DNA from: Adineta vaga
Lineage: Eukaryota; Animalia; Rotifera
Direction of reading: 5' to 3'
DNA: 64,000 nucleotides
NCBI GenBank assembly: GCA_021613535.1
Contig: CP075494.1
Location: forward strand, 12,710,001-12,774,000
This document shows, in pieces, positions 41,574 through 56,399 of the stretch (position 1 is the first letter of the stretch; every line of letters starts with the position of its first letter). Both the position numbers and the translations under genes were made by a program. The notes under the pieces are model-generated. The model was not told the origin of the DNA and made no database searches. It saw only the letters and a list, made by a program, of their open reading frames with translations.

Positions 41574-44500
41574 TCAAATTAACAAAAACAATTCTAATGC
41601 ATGTTTACGTAATTTTTCTTCCAGATTTTCTACAATACGTAATTTAACTTTTTTCAATTGACCAGTATTATAAACACGATAGATTTGAAAATCATGATTT
41701 CTATTTGATAATGAACAACAATGTTGTAATTCATTATATGTTATTGGAATTAATTGACGATTGTTACTCAAAGTACTTTTAACTTCAATATAGATAATTA
41801 AATCTAATTTGAGATGTTTTAATATGAAATCATAAGGTTTGCCTTGTTCAAAATTTTCATTTAACCAAATTATTTCAATTTCATTCGATTGAATTTTATC
41901 ATGATATTTACTCTGAAGATATTCATTTACCCAATGTTCCCCTAAAATAATTGATTAGATAAGTTTTAAATCAATAATGAAGATAGTTTTACCCCATTGA
42001 CCAATACGTTCCAAGGATGCTTGATTCGAACCAATAGTTGAATCACGATTATCCAGAACTTGATGAGTTAAATCATCGATATTGAAGTTTTTTGTATGAT
42101 GTTCAACAGTTTCATACGGTGTGTCAACAAGTGAAGCAATACTACCCGAATGGATACGATCAAATCGAGAAATGACATCTAAACAATAGTAAAAATCAAA
42201 TGCAATGATTGATGAAACAATATGGAAGACATCGTACCTGAATTCTTTTGATATTCAAGAGTTGCCATTGTAGCATCAGTTGAATTCTTTTGTAATTCTT
42301 CTCGTTTCTTTCGTTTATAAGCATTGTATTGTTCTTGATTTTGTGCGACATTTTCCAGTAATGTTCGAACTTTATTTTCATCTAAATACGACGATTATTA
42401 TGTTTTCATTCTCCGAGAAACAAACAATTCACTTACCAATCTTTGGTTCATAAGATTTAATCTCTGTCGATATCGACGAGATATGCCATGGAATGTCATC
42501 TGTATCATGAAGATGTAGATCAAAATGTTGATATTTAGCAAATATTTCTAAATTGTTTTCATCTTCATTGTGTAACAAACACATAAAATTACCCAATGAA
42601 CGTATTAATTCATTATTATAATCAGGTATGAATATTCGTGCAAATGAATGAAATATATCTGGATAATATTTCGAATGTTCTGTCCATTCTTGATGAATAT
42701 AAAAGATCATTTGAGTTTTATTGAAATAGGATTTCTCTTCTTGAACAATACAAATCGTTGGATCAGATTTCATTCGATAGATTAATTGAAGATAATCAAC
42801 AATAATAAATTGAAGATTTTGAAGAATTATTGATAATTGAATTGATTTTGTCCATTGATATGCATCGAGAAATTCGGGACGAGATTTCATAAATAATTGT
42901 ACATAACGAATCAATGGTGAGAGTAAATTTTGGATGAAAATACCATTCGATGGATTTTGAATTGTATGCTCGATAGTGATCGATGATGAAAGAGATTTTA
43001 TATCACACAGATTGAAAAATGGCATAACTACAAAAAAAAATAGAACAATGTACGTAAGAAAACAAAAGATTTTCAATAATTGAAGTACAAACCATCAGAT
43101 GAAGGTATATTGATGAAAGGAATATTTGTAATTTGAATGAACAATTGAGCAATATCGTCATTATCAGAAATCAATGGATTATCATTGATACAAACCCAAC
43201 GCTGATCTTTGGTTGGAAATATTGGTTTATGAGATAGTTTATCTGAATAGATATGAATTATCAATTTTTTTCCAAGAGAAAATTCCTACTTTGGAAATCT
43301 TGTTTTTTGATTAAATTATCTGACTGTTCAAACCATTTGCCAATGGTTTTAAAAATTAAAAATGCATCTTGTACAGTTTCTAACGATGCGATATGAACTA
43401 AAACGAAATTGATCATTGAATTTTATCACAAGTAGAAGTTTATTCATTCTTACTTAGTAAATCAATATATTCATCAATAGATGGATGTAATTGTACACCA
43501 AAGGTATTGAGAAAGATCATTTTTTGTTCAGTATAATAAGGTTCAAGTATAAAGCGATGGATCGATTTGAATGATGAAGAATATTTAGCAAATAGATTCG
43601 TAGGATCCAACCAACAGACTTCAGAAAGACCAAGAAATCTTCCTCGGACAATCTCTTTCATATCGATTGATGAAGAAATCGGAACGAAAATGATCGATTT
43701 TTGTTGAATTAATTCACGTAAATCATCCATAATGATATTTTCATAGATATATTGCATATGAGATAGAGATGTAAAGAATATTGAATTAGTACACCATTGT
43801 ATTAACATAGAAATAATATCGGAAGGTGTAATATGATCAATGAGACCAATATCATTTGTAAATGTCGAATTTGGATTGATTTCAACATTGATATATGGAA
43901 CATGTTGTGCAAAAAGTCGTTGAATTTGTTTCGTTTTTACATAAGTCTCATTTGGTTTAGTTAATTTTGAGGTTTTATTCACTTCAATTTCATTCGTTTG
44001 TTCATTATAAGAATAACAATGATGAATCGTTGGTATCCATACAGAATCTTTCAAATGTCGTGCAAAATCTTCATTCTCTTTCGTTGTTAACCAAGTTTCT
44101 TGCAATGCTAAAAAGATTCGTTTATTCATTGAAATGGATTGTACATTAATCAAAGAATTAAATTGTTCATATGTCCAACTATTGATCGGTAGAAGAAAAT
44201 CCGATACACCTAATTCAGAGAAGAATTTATGTAATTTTTTTCGATCAATTGATGATGAAATATGTTGAATATAATCATCACTAAGTAATGTCCAATTGTA
44301 TGTATGAAAATCTTTCGATAAATCATACAGATTTCCATATTTCGGTGTGAAATGAATTGAAATTTGATTAGGTTGTTTAAAACCATGATTTGTTATTAAT
44401 GGAATCATTGATTTCAATCGAGGCATATCGATATCATATTTCTAAACAAAAAAAAAGAAAAAAACAAGATTATAAAATTCTTTTTTTCTATAAGATTCGA

Positions 44501-47500
44501 TCTGACCTGTTTGAACCAAAGATCAAAAATGTACATAACATAACTACTAAGAACTTCTTCTGATTTATCGTTCCATCGTTGTTTGTTTTGAAAAATTGGA
44601 AAAATATGTTGTTCACAAATTGTTCGATGATTTAAACGTTGAATACCAAGTCTTTCAAGTAATGTTTGTATTTGAATTCTATCCAATGAGTTCTCTTCAT
44701 AATTCTTCCATAGTTCATCATCAATAATCAATAGATCATTTTCAATCAATGTCGATAAATTAAAATTAATTAATGGAAAGAAAATTGGTTGATGAATATT
44801 ATTCAATGAAATGAATTCTTGTTTATTTTTTATTGGAAAAATTTTTAATGTTTGTATATGTTTGAAAACATTCTGTTCATCATGAAGAGAAAGTTCGTTT
44901 AGACATCGATATAAACATAAAAACCATTTGGAAAGAATTTGTTTATTTTCAATTGTGATTTCATTTGTTAATATTCGTTTGATTACATCAATTAATTCTT
45001 GATGAGTAAAACGTTGAACACCTAATTCATATAATTGTTTTTCATGTTCGTAAAAATCATCTTTTAAATAATATAAATTTAAATGATGATATAAAACTTC
45101 TGGTGGTAGAATTTCTTTGATTGTAGAATCATGAACAAGTACACATTCTGTTGGCATATGAAGATGATTATCATAAATAACTGGAAGAAATCGACGAGAA
45201 CGTAAAGAATGAAGAATAGTTCGACAAACTGATGTAAATGGATTGTTATTATAGATTGATATTTCATTTGGAAGAAAAGAAAGAAAGAAATGAAGAGGAT
45301 CTATTGGTAAAGATGATTGTTCGGATTGAAAAATATCAAGTGAAGATAGAAAGAGAGATGGAATTTCATTGAGAAGATATTGATTCCAAATACTATCACT
45401 TTGAATATCTTGACGTGATGATGGAACCTAGAAGAAATAATCATGAAAAATAAAGAAGAAATATATGAATTGAGCATTATTACTTCGAAATCAGCTTGAA
45501 TTATGAATGTAAAACCAAACTAGAATAGAACAACATTTATAATGATATTCTCGATCGTTTAATTAGTGACTTACTGTTCTCAATGGTAGATATGCATAGA
45601 CATCTTGTTTAGTTAAGATGAGATTTTTATTATCCTTAATTTCATGTAATGGAAAAGCTAGAGCTATTTCAGTTGCTTCAATGATATTATCTAAGTTTAT
45701 TTGGATTTCCTCTGGAATTGCCAATTGTTTTTTAATCATGAACCATTTTTCAATTGTTTCTCCACAATGTATTTCAACAATTCTTGTTCCCGGAATATCC
45801 ATTCGTTGATAAAGTTGTTTCGACTGTGTTAAACGATTGTCAATCGTAATGGAACGAAGACGATTTAAAAATAGTAATAATGATGGATGAATATCATGAA
45901 AACTTTCTGTTAATGAACGAGATTTATGTTTTTGCATTTCATTTTCTGATTTTAATGGTAAACATATTCGAGTTGACCAATTTACATATTCATTATCTTT
46001 ATTTTCATAACTAATCCAATTAGGTAAGATATATCCTAGTGAACCATTATGAGCATCAAAACATATTTGATAACCATTCGAATAGATTTCGGGACGATCA
46101 CTAAGAAACATTAATAGATTTTTGTGTTTTCAATTGAATATATTCAATAGAATTGACTTACCAAACAGTAAAAACAGATTTAAATCCAATGCCTTTCTGT
46201 CCAATGTAACCTTGTTGATGTTTGCCTTTTGTTGATTTACCAATATCACATAAGGCTTGAATATTATGTTCTTGAAAACCAATTTCATTGTTATAAATAT
46301 TGATTGAAGTGGAATCAATAACAAAAACAAGCGTTGGTTTGGTATTATATTGATTATCATCAGCATTTTGAATTAATTCAAGTACAAAATGCATATCAGT
46401 ATTATATAATTCTTTTGAAAGACGTTCTAACGATCGACCAACAAGAGCTTTCAATTGATCAGTTAATTGTTGACTTTCGAGAGAAAGATCTAAGCCTACG
46501 CCAAATTTTTCACGACGAATACTTTCAATAACATCATATGGATTGGTTGTAGAATATATTACTTCAGTTTTTTCGATAACTGGAGAATTGATCACGATGG
46601 GAGTTGGTAAAGATAGTAATTGTTCTTTCCGTTGAATTGGAAGTAATGGTTCAATTTTGAGTTTAGCCATTGACCATTCTGTATATCCTAAATGTTGTCC
46701 TAATTGAATGAATCGTATGATCATATCTGGATCTTGCTTGTCGATTATTTTCCAGAAAGTATCACGTACTTTCGTTTGACTACCTTCAAGTTTAATCAAT
46801 GGTTCGAGAAAGATTCGTTGAATGATAGATGAAAGAAGAAGATATGGAATTCGAAGAAATAGACGAGCGAGAAATTGATACAATTGATTATCAAGTGATA
46901 TACTCGTGAAGAATGTATGCATAATATTGTAGAGAAGAGATAATGGAGCATTTTCTAAATGATCATGTTGAACAAGAATTGAAATGAGATGGCCAGAAGT
47001 AAGAATTGAATCATAATTGTATAGAGATTCTTTAAATAAATCAAATGTAGAATTAGATGATAGTTTGAGAAATGTAACATGATCAATTTCAAGATATGGA
47101 AGTGAATAGCGAGACAGAAATAGTTTTAATATGCCTAAAGTTGGACGAAAATATATATTCCATTGAGTAGCAATATGAATATTTGTCAGAAGAGGACAGT
47201 GATTGATTGCTTGTAAAGCTTGTTTTTCCAAGTCTAGATAATCAAATAACATTACTATAAGACTTATACTAAATATTATACGATACCTTCTACTAATGAT
47301 TTTGATTTTTGATTGTTGAAAGGTATTTCAGTTAACATAATACATTCGTAATGAACAGAATTTGTCTTCGACTGTTGTTTTTGTTGTATGATATTAACTA
47401 CGGAATGAAAAGAACCATGTCCAAGTTGTTGAAATGTTTCGACTCGAAAATGATAACAAATCATCTGCTCAAGATTTTGTTGATCTCTTGATTTCTTGAA

Positions 47501-49679
47501 TGCTTGAAAAATGAATTGTTCAACATCTTCCAAAGGAACGAGAATTGTTGATGTGTTATCATTCGATTTTGATGAAGAGAAATTGAATTGACAATCAGTT
47601 GGAAATAAGAATTGTTCGTTACGTTGAATAAAGTTCATAAATGTACTATGACCTAATTCTTGAAATTGAGTTACTTTAAATTTTTCACATAAACGTTGTT
47701 CAATACGAGATAACAATGAAAATGTTATTGTTTTCAATGAATTGATTTGTTCTTTAAATTCTCGAAGAATTTCATTTTCATTTGGATGATTTATCACATG
47801 TTCAGAAGATTTCTTTTTCAATGTTGTGACAGGTTCTGTTTCACTATCAGATGAATTGAAGTAAGTTTTCTTGCCTACAACACGATCGATTTTAGTTCGG
47901 GATTGAACATTCGAGTCAAGCATTGTTAAATTTCCATGACAAACCGCAATTTGAAATATATTTCTCAATACTGAATCTTTCACAATGATTTCCAATGCAT
48001 GTGAAATTTTTCGATATGATACAGAACCTAAAATGAATATGTATTCAGAAAGAGAAATAAAACATATACAATTCGTTTCACATACTTTGACATAATTCAC
48101 GACAGATTTCTACCATATCATTGATTATATCGATAGGATCCATTGATGCATATATTTGACGTTGATTGTTATCCAATTTATTCTGAATAGTGTTTAGAAT
48201 TTTCTGGACTTCGTTTTGTGCAAGTTCTGTTAAGGTTTGATTTAATTCAGTTCGAGCAATTTCCATTGTTTTACGTTGATTTGCTTGCATTGCTTTGATA
48301 CACTACGAAAAAGAAAAGTTTTCATGTAAAACAATTCTTATTTACTTACATTTCGAGCTAGATAAACGCTTTTTATTCGAATTCCTAGTTGAGAAATATT
48401 TTTCACATGAACTTGTTCAGCAACAAACTTCAAAAAATGTGGTAGATTTAATTCATTTTCTGTTTTCCATACACATTCTTTCGTCATATATTGATCAAGA
48501 TATTTTAATATATCTGAACTTTTCAAATCTTTTCGAATTGGTTCATAATAAAGAGATCGTAAACGAAATAAATCTTCAATTTTCGGTTGTTTTTCAATTG
48601 GACCCATTAATAATTCCTGGTAATCTTTTTTAGAAAAAAGACGAGCTAAATCATTCTCTAATTCATTTAATGTACCCATTGTTGACCAATACGTATAAGC
48701 ATCAATATAAATATTGATTTTATTCTGTGTACGAATGAGATTATCAATACAAGGAATCTGGTCAGAACGTTGAATGCCTAAATTACCAAGATCTTGTACA
48801 CGGAAATAAGTTATAATACGCCAGATCACATCATTCCATCGAACTAATTGTCCTTCGTCATGAAGTTGAACAATTTGTTTTGCAGCTATTTCGTTGACAA
48901 ACTAAAGTGAATAAAAGAAATTAGTGATCGTGCAAGTTTTTGAGTAGAATATTTACTTGTAGAGGAACTCGTTGAGTAATCTGATTTGTTTGAGCTGTAA
49001 ATGGAATATTATTCGGTGTTGAAGGAAATAGTGTACGTAGAGAGAGCTCGAGTGGATCCGTATTTGTACAAAAATCATGTAGACTTTTATTTGAAATGAT
49101 TTTTTTCTCCGTTGTTGTTGCTGGTAGAGAAACAGGTTCACATTCGTCTGAATCGGAACTACTGGTTGAAGAAAAAGTAATACGACTACGTTTAGTTTCA
49201 GAGAAAGATGATACTAAATAAAAAGAATACAGATATTTGTATGGTATCGATTTATTTTCATACATTTCTTTTTCATGGATGACGATTGTTCAAGTAATCG
49301 TTTATTATTTCGTTGTGGTTCAGTTTGAGACGAATACTGTTCAATTAAGTGACTTAATTTTTTTATATAAGCTTCCCAAGGTGCACAATCGAGTTGGAAT
49401 TGATGTTTAAGTTGATTGATTTGCCTGTCAAAGTCATCTTTTGTTAATATACCACTACGAAAAGAATGATCAAGTTTATTATGTTGAGATGTGAAAGTCA
49501 ATTTTGTTGTTTTAATCGCAGTTTCAGCAAATTCTAATCCTTGCTTAGCTGCTGTAAACTGTTGAGTATTGAGCAGAGACGTTTGTTTTACTCTAAATCA
49601 AGAGAAATAAAGTCACGATTAAGATGAAATAGTTTTCTTACAAATCAGAAACGGTTGATAAGCCAGCACTATTCGCCAT
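41574..49679 (-). CDS. NO VEIN-like protein: sacsin-type GHKL ATPase with C-terminal DUF3883-like nuclease domain, multi-exon
   Basis: LERLSKELY..DMHFVLELIQNADDNQY, NNEIGF, ALCDIGKSTK, IGQKGIGFKSVF, LLLFLNRLRSI, YAYLPLR, FIIQADFEVPSSRQDI; C-terminal IGQWGEHWV..YL, WLNENFEQGKPYDF, YIEVKST, ITYNEL. Confidence 0.88.
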
Positions 49680-49998
49680 AATGAAATATTTGATGGAGAA
49701 AAATGCTGAAAATAATCTAAATATTCGATTTTATGAGTTCGATTGAAAACTTTGTATGAAAAAGATAAAAACGATTCGACTGGTCACAAACTGATTGAAT
49801 CATTTTTGTTGATAGAGGTCGTTTGATATTAGAGTATGCAACTCTTTTCGTTTTTATCTTTACTTTCTATGCTGTCTCTCGTTAATAATTAGTAATGAAA
49901 TGACAAAAATATATCGTATACTATAGTATTTTGAAATATTAGAAAAATGTAGTATCAAATAGTGAAGAAAAAAACTTTTTAAAAATTACAACAAAAAT

Positions 49999-52311
49999 TC
50001 ATAAAATTTCATCGTGCTGTTTATCAACTATAGGTTGTGATTTCGTTTTCCATGACCATTTTTGCGACATATCATTAGGATTACAATTCTGCATTTTGAT
50101 ATGATCCACATCACTCGATGATGCCATACATAGATTCGATGCTGAATGAAGTAATTGTTGGTGCTAGAAGAAAAAAAAGCCAGACAAATCATTGTGAAAA
50201 ACACACTAACTTATGAATTTGAATGCAAAACAAACCTCATTATATATCCAAGTTTGATTTTTATTTTGTCTATCACATCGTACAACAATGACTTGATCTT
50301 CTTTATCTATATCTGCTTTTCCACCTGAATACTGTAAACATCCATCATCACGACGAATTTCACCAGTTGAAGTCAACATAAAAAACTACATGAAAATATA
50401 TTAGACATACTCAATACAAACGGATTGTTTTCAAACAGACCTGATTGCCACCTTGATTATGGCACATATAACCAACTACTGATTCATTAAAACTTCTTTG
50501 TTCAGTACTTCCATCCAGACAGTAACTGGTACCCAAGTTTCGAACCTATAAATTACCATTTGTAGTAAATCGATAGATCAATCACGTATTAAAATAAGCA
50601 CATACTGCACCGAACATTACGGAATCCTCTGGAATGTATAAATCTGGATAAATCTCTGTTAGATACCATTTAAATGATTTACATTGTAACTTTTGCCGAA
50701 GTAGTTTCCGTGAAGTAACATTATCATAGTTTTCCTATGCATAGATAAAAACTCAGTAACAGATATTTAAAAATATTATATGAATTTTACCAAATTATAA
50801 CTAATTCTCTGATAATAATATTTCTAAGAAGAAAATCGATCTCAATTTTCCTACTGAATGACTATCATTTCGTTTTTCATACTTTATATTCATCAAGCCA
50901 AACTTCAGCAACACGAACTGCATTCTTTTTCAAAACATACACATCAGGTAGCCATAAATAAGGAGAAGATTTACGAAAGATATGTCCTACATGGGAACAT
51001 GGTGCAGTCAGAAGAGTACCTAACAGAATAAATTTGATCCAAAGATATAAAATACATTAAATTTTTACCTCCACACATCCATATTCGAAACGATATTTCC
51101 AAATTTTCACCACCCCATATATCCATACCATCATCATCTTTCAATAAAAAAAACGCCATAATCATATATTTTATCAGTATAATTTCTAAGATTTGTATTT
51201 ATATTTACAACTTACAAGTTCCTAAATCATAAAAATAACTTTTACTAATTGCAAACAATCCTCCAGCCATTGTTGGTGATCTTGCTGGTTCTAAAGGATT
51301 TTTTCTTTGTTGCTTTTCTCGCTCGGATAATACATGCCAAGAGAATTGTAAATCCCAATTAAAACCACCGACGGCTATTGAATTGGGTTTGTTAGGAATA
51401 TATTTAAATGTTATTTCATCAACAGTATCGATCAGCGGTGTAATCACCACTGTACGATTACGTGATATAGGATGAAGTAATGGTTCAAGCCAACCTTCAG
51501 TCACTTCAATATGTGAATCAAGAAAGATGATTACATCACCTTGAACTTGAGCAGCACCGGCCAAACGTGAACGTACTATACCTTCACGTCTTGCCTGTCG
51601 AACAATTGATACAATTTTCAATTTTTTTATGTAATTCTCCAATGGTTGTTTCAAATTATCTATTTCGAAAGAATTCTTACAAGTGAAGAGATACTTTCTT
51701 CAAATTTTCTCACCTATTTGAGAAAAGTCATCAACAAGAATAATTTCTTTTAGTAAATATGCAGGACTACGATTGATAATTGAATGTATGGATCTGACTA
51801 ATACAGACAATGCTTCATTATGAAAACACATAACAATACTAGCTGTAATTGTCAATGGTTCGTATTGAAGTTGTCGACAACGTGGATCACGTACATCGGG
51901 TAAACTTCGATGTTTTGATATTAAATTACTCACATATTCACTAAAATGATGCGTATTAAAACCATGATTATATTTTTGTAATTCTTTTGGTATTAATTTA
52001 TTTTTATCAATTTCAACTGCTTTACCCATTTCACCAGGACTATTTGGATCTGCTTCTTTATAATTAACATCTGATAATAGCAGTTCATCGTCATCTAATT
52101 TTAACTTTAATAATTTCATATAGAAATCAATAATATAACGGAAACTCAATTTCGATTCTGTATCACCATCATCATCTACAATGATTTTGTTCTCAGATGT
52201 TTGTTTGTTTTCTACACCACTTGAATGTAGAACGAAAACAGCAATAATAAACCAAACCATTGGAATACAAAGAGTAATACGAAATAGATAACGACGTTTT
52301 AGCATCCACAT
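49999..52311 (-). CDS. GALNT: Polypeptide N-acetylgalactosaminyltransferase (GT27) with ricin-B lectin domain
   Basis: Type II TM anchor, [81 protein letters not shown]. Frame intact where checked. Confidence 0.96.
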
Positions 52312-52746
52312 GCTTTATACTTTCAGTCGACGACGAGTCAAGTTCACGCAATCATTTTTTTTTACTAAAATACGACATGCTCGTCAAATGTTATGGATGA
52401 CTAAGAATATTTACATAAACAGTGCATACTGTTCTTTACCTTCACGACGATATAACTGAAGTACGATATGTACCTTTTTCAATGTGTCTTCGTTCGATTT
52501 TTTTTTATTAGTTATCAATTGTCGAATGAACAGAAGAAGAAGAAAAATCTACTAATGAATGTTTGCGTTCTATTCTCTAAATAGTTTCATTTGTTATGTA
52601 AAGGAATTTCTCTTTTTCTTTATTTTCATACAATAATCAATCAATAAAACGAGAGATTCATTGAATATATTAATAATAAAATAATAATAATAATAATAAC
52701 AACAACAACAACATCAATAAAATACTAAAGTCCTTTCTTTTTCTTT

Positions 52747-53355
52747 TCAAGCGATATCTTGTCGTTTTGGTGGTCGCGTCATTGAATTTCGAACAATACA
52801 ATCTTTCATCCAATTGATTGATTCATTAATTCCATCACCTGATAAAGCTGAACACGCCAGAACCATACAATCACGTACACCAATTTTTGCTGTAGAACGA
52901 TTAAATGTTCGTTTAATTTCTGGAACAGTCATACATTGTTCAAGATCTTGTTTATTACATGAAACTAATAATGGAACATTGGTTAATTGTTCTGATTGAA
53001 TCATTTTATCAAAGATTAACCATGATTCTTCTAAACGTTCACGATCAGCACTATCAATTATATAAATAATTCCATGACAATCAGCATAATATTTATCCCA
53101 TAAAGATTGTAATTCTTCTTGTCCACCTAAATCCCAAAAATTTAAACGAATATTTCCAATATCAATCGTGCCTATATTACAACCAACAGTTGTTGTTATT
53201 TTCGATGGATTCATCATTTTATAATTTGGACAATATTTTGTTTTTGTTTGTTCAAGATAAGTTGTTTTACCAGCATTATCAAGACCAACAATAAGAATGT
53301 AATAATCATCTTTTTGTGTTAAATATTGATAAAGTCCGGTTAATAAAGTCCACAT
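52747..53355 (-). CDS. ARFRP1: ADP-ribosylation factor-related protein 1 (intronless CDS)
   Basis: MWTLLTGLYQYLTQKDDYYILIVGLDNAGKTTYLEQTK, KITTTVGCNIG, WDLGGQEELQSLWDKYY, NKQD, CSAL. Confidence 0.97.
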   Translation of the reverse strand: MWTLLTGLYQYLTQKDDYYILIVGLDNAGKTTYLEQTKTKYCPNYKMMNPSKITTTVGCNIGTIDIGNIRLNFWDLGGQEELQSLWDKYYADCHGIIYIIDSADRERLEESWLIFDKMIQSEQLTNVPLLVSCNKQDLEQCMTVPEIKRTFNRSTAKIGVRDCMVLACSALSGDGINESINWMKDCIVRNSMTRPPKRQDIA

Positions 53356-53973
53356 TTCTAAATTCTATTCAGTTGTTTAAGATTAAATACAAAGTTTACA
53401 AAGGTAATCTAAAATAATATGTACACTATGCAAATCAAAATGAGCATATGTTTCGTGAGAATTTTTATATCAGTTGACGTTGACGAACGAACGAATCCAT
53501 GGAGTAGCACAAAAAATTAAAGCGTTGTATTTTGTTTGGTGGAAAGTAACTTTTATATTTGTCCTATCAATCGTCAATACATTTCTCACTATCGACATCT
53601 ATGTGTAATAATAGATCAGAGAACAGAATTTATACTCGTTGAATATTGTAAATTTGATCATTATTTCATGCATTGATTTTGCATAATAATTCCTAACAAA
53701 TGTTACATGTCTGTCTGTCTGCCTGTGAAACAATTTGATTATAGAAAAGAATGCATTGTACGATATATAGTCACGTTATCTGTTTGATATCGACGTAATA
53801 TATCCAATCTTGATATTGAAAGATATTCGAATGAAACTATTTCTATCCTCAATATGATTTAATCTTCTGTTTGTTGTTTTTTTTATTCAATCGAACACAA
53901 CGAATTACATATACAAAAGAACAGTATGTGAAAAAATAATACTGATCTGATTGGAATCGATTTGAATTAATGT

Positions 53974-55714
53974 TCATGTTTGCACCTAAAAATAAATATA
54001 TGATTATAAAGAAGAAATATTGCTTTTTCCATCATTTACAGATTCCGTTGATTGACTTGCATCAGCTTTTATTTTTTCAAGTGCTTCAGCTTGAAGACTA
54101 ACATTACTTTCACATTTCCATGGACCATTGATTGTTCCTAGAAATAATCATATCATCATTTTTGTTTCGTTTTCTTTTCCAACAAACCTTTCCACATTCG
54201 AATTCTTCCATCATCTCCACAACTATAAAGAACTGAACCAAATACATTCCAACAAACTTTCCATACCTAATATTCAAATACATAAATTTTTATTCAGAAA
54301 AAACATCAAGTTTGATTATTACTGTTGAACCATGATCATCTAATGTAATAATTCGTGTTACATCATATGTTTGTGCTTTATTTTCACCACTATTATTCAA
54401 TTCTCCTCTAGAAAAAGAATCTTTCAATGAAAAGAAAACAAAACGATGATTTACTTTGCTGGTTTAATTGTAAATAAATCAATATCATTTGAAGCAACAG
54501 CAAGTAAATGATATGATTGACCAAAATTTGGTGCAAATTGAATATCTTTTATCGCATTTTGTAATAACATATTTACACTTGTTAAATCAACTTTAATCGC
54601 TTTTCTAAAATTAAAATCATGTTTAATTAGTTTCAACATTATATCATTTACCGATCAGGAGCATATTCCCATAATTGAAGTTTTGCACCAGCACCTGTAT
54701 TACAATCATCACTTCCAATTGCAAGTAATGGTGCTAAATGATGTCTAATATAAACTAGAATAATTACATGCTGATATCAATGTTGATTTCATACCTTGCT
54801 GTACTCCATGAAATACAACTTAAATTCGACATTTTTGTTTGAATTTCTTCTTTATTAACTACAGTAGGACCTTGAAAATCATAAATACGTATGCGACCAT
54901 CAAAAAATGCAGTCGACTAAAGAAAATAATTCATTTAAGATATTTTCTTCGAATGAAAATAGATTATTATTGTTTTAATTACAAGAACAAGTCCAAGATG
55001 TTTTGGAGCAAATTGAAGTGCTACTGTATTATAAGTCGATGAATGTGCACCAGACTCTAAACTTGATGTTCGTGATTCTGAAGAGCCAAATAGAAATGAA
55101 TCGTAGAATTGATCTAATATTACACATATTTATTTATATAATCATCATCCATACTAATCGAATATATGTATACCTTTATGTACCCATTTTGTTGCATATT
55201 CGGACGGATCATTCGGTCCTGTTGGAGCCTATACTAGCAAAATGTATAAAAAATGAGAAGTATTTGTCAAGAAAACTTACTTTATACCAAACATGAACAA
55301 AACGATCGTAAGAAACAGTCGCAAGAATGCCACCAAACTCAGAATGAGCCCATGTTACCCTAAATATTGTAAAATTTAGTATTATTGACAGTTTAATTTT
55401 TAGAAAATTTACCGAATGATCGGACCAGTTGGTGTAGGAAACTATACAAGTCAAAAAAATTAAAAGCAAAACATGATTATTACAAATGATTTACTGAAAA
55501 ACAACCGGATTGTCGCCATGAATCATCATCATGTAAATCATAGATCTAATTAGAATAAATAGATACATAAATTCGAGAAAAAAGAAATTCTTACTCGAAC
55601 ATATCCATCACTTGAACATGTAGCCATTCGTGTTCCATAAAAATTAAATGCTGTTTCATGTATGAAATCTTTATGTAAGTTTGGCAACTGTCTAATGTCC
55701 TCGTTGCCTATCAT
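53974..55714 (-). CDS. SEH1L: Nucleoporin SEH1 (WD40), multi-exon
   Basis: [94 protein letters not shown]. Confidence 0.92.
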
Positions 55715-56399
55715 GTTGATATTATACACAAAATCCGAATAAGAGCAATTTTTTTAAATTGTGATATTTATGATAGATAGATAGATATATAGTCTATGTC
55801 TATTTCATTCATTTCTTTTCTTCATTGGTTAAACGTATTCATCTATCAATGTTCTTGTTCTGCTTACTACAGGATATCATTTTTGATAACCTGAGACATC
55901 TATCGTTACAACTGTCTTTCACAATTTCTCAAGTTTGTAATTGAAATAATACATGTTCAGTACCGATTTGAATCGATATGTCATGTCTTCGTCGAAAAAG
56001 ACTTCTTCCTTGAAGTTAGAAATGTTTTTTTTTATATTAGAAAAATGAGTTAGTTTCTTCCAGGAATGCCAAGATAATCACCATTTTGGAGCTAGGAAAT
56101 TTCGAGGACATACAAGGTATAATCTAATAGTGAATTTCTGGTTGAATGTGTATAGTCTTTGCCTTTGGAAACAAAAAGAGTTGTATTTTCATCATTTAAC
56201 AGAAATTAATTTTTTAATTAGTTTCTATCTTTAGACATGTTTCGGTAATTCTCATTTTATGAGATTTTGTATTAAGCTTAATGCCCTCAGAGATGACCTT
56301 TAGATTTAAAGAAAAGACATGTTATTTTACTTTTAATTGGAAAAAGTAATATATAAAACTGGTTGGTTCTATTTATTCATATATTTATAATCAGTGAGA

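Noticed and set aside
49999-50016. GALNT ends in HDEIL, resembling an HDEL retrieval signal
   Set aside because: Not an exact terminal HDEL/KDEL; probably coincidental.
52747-53355. Intronless ARFRP1 as a processed pseudogene
   Set aside because: Complete frame, all GTPase motifs intact, no poly(A) remnant or target-site duplication seen.
10261-55714. Two nucleoporin genes (Nup153, SEH1) in one window as a functional cluster
   Set aside because: About 40 kb and many unrelated genes apart; chance is sufficient.
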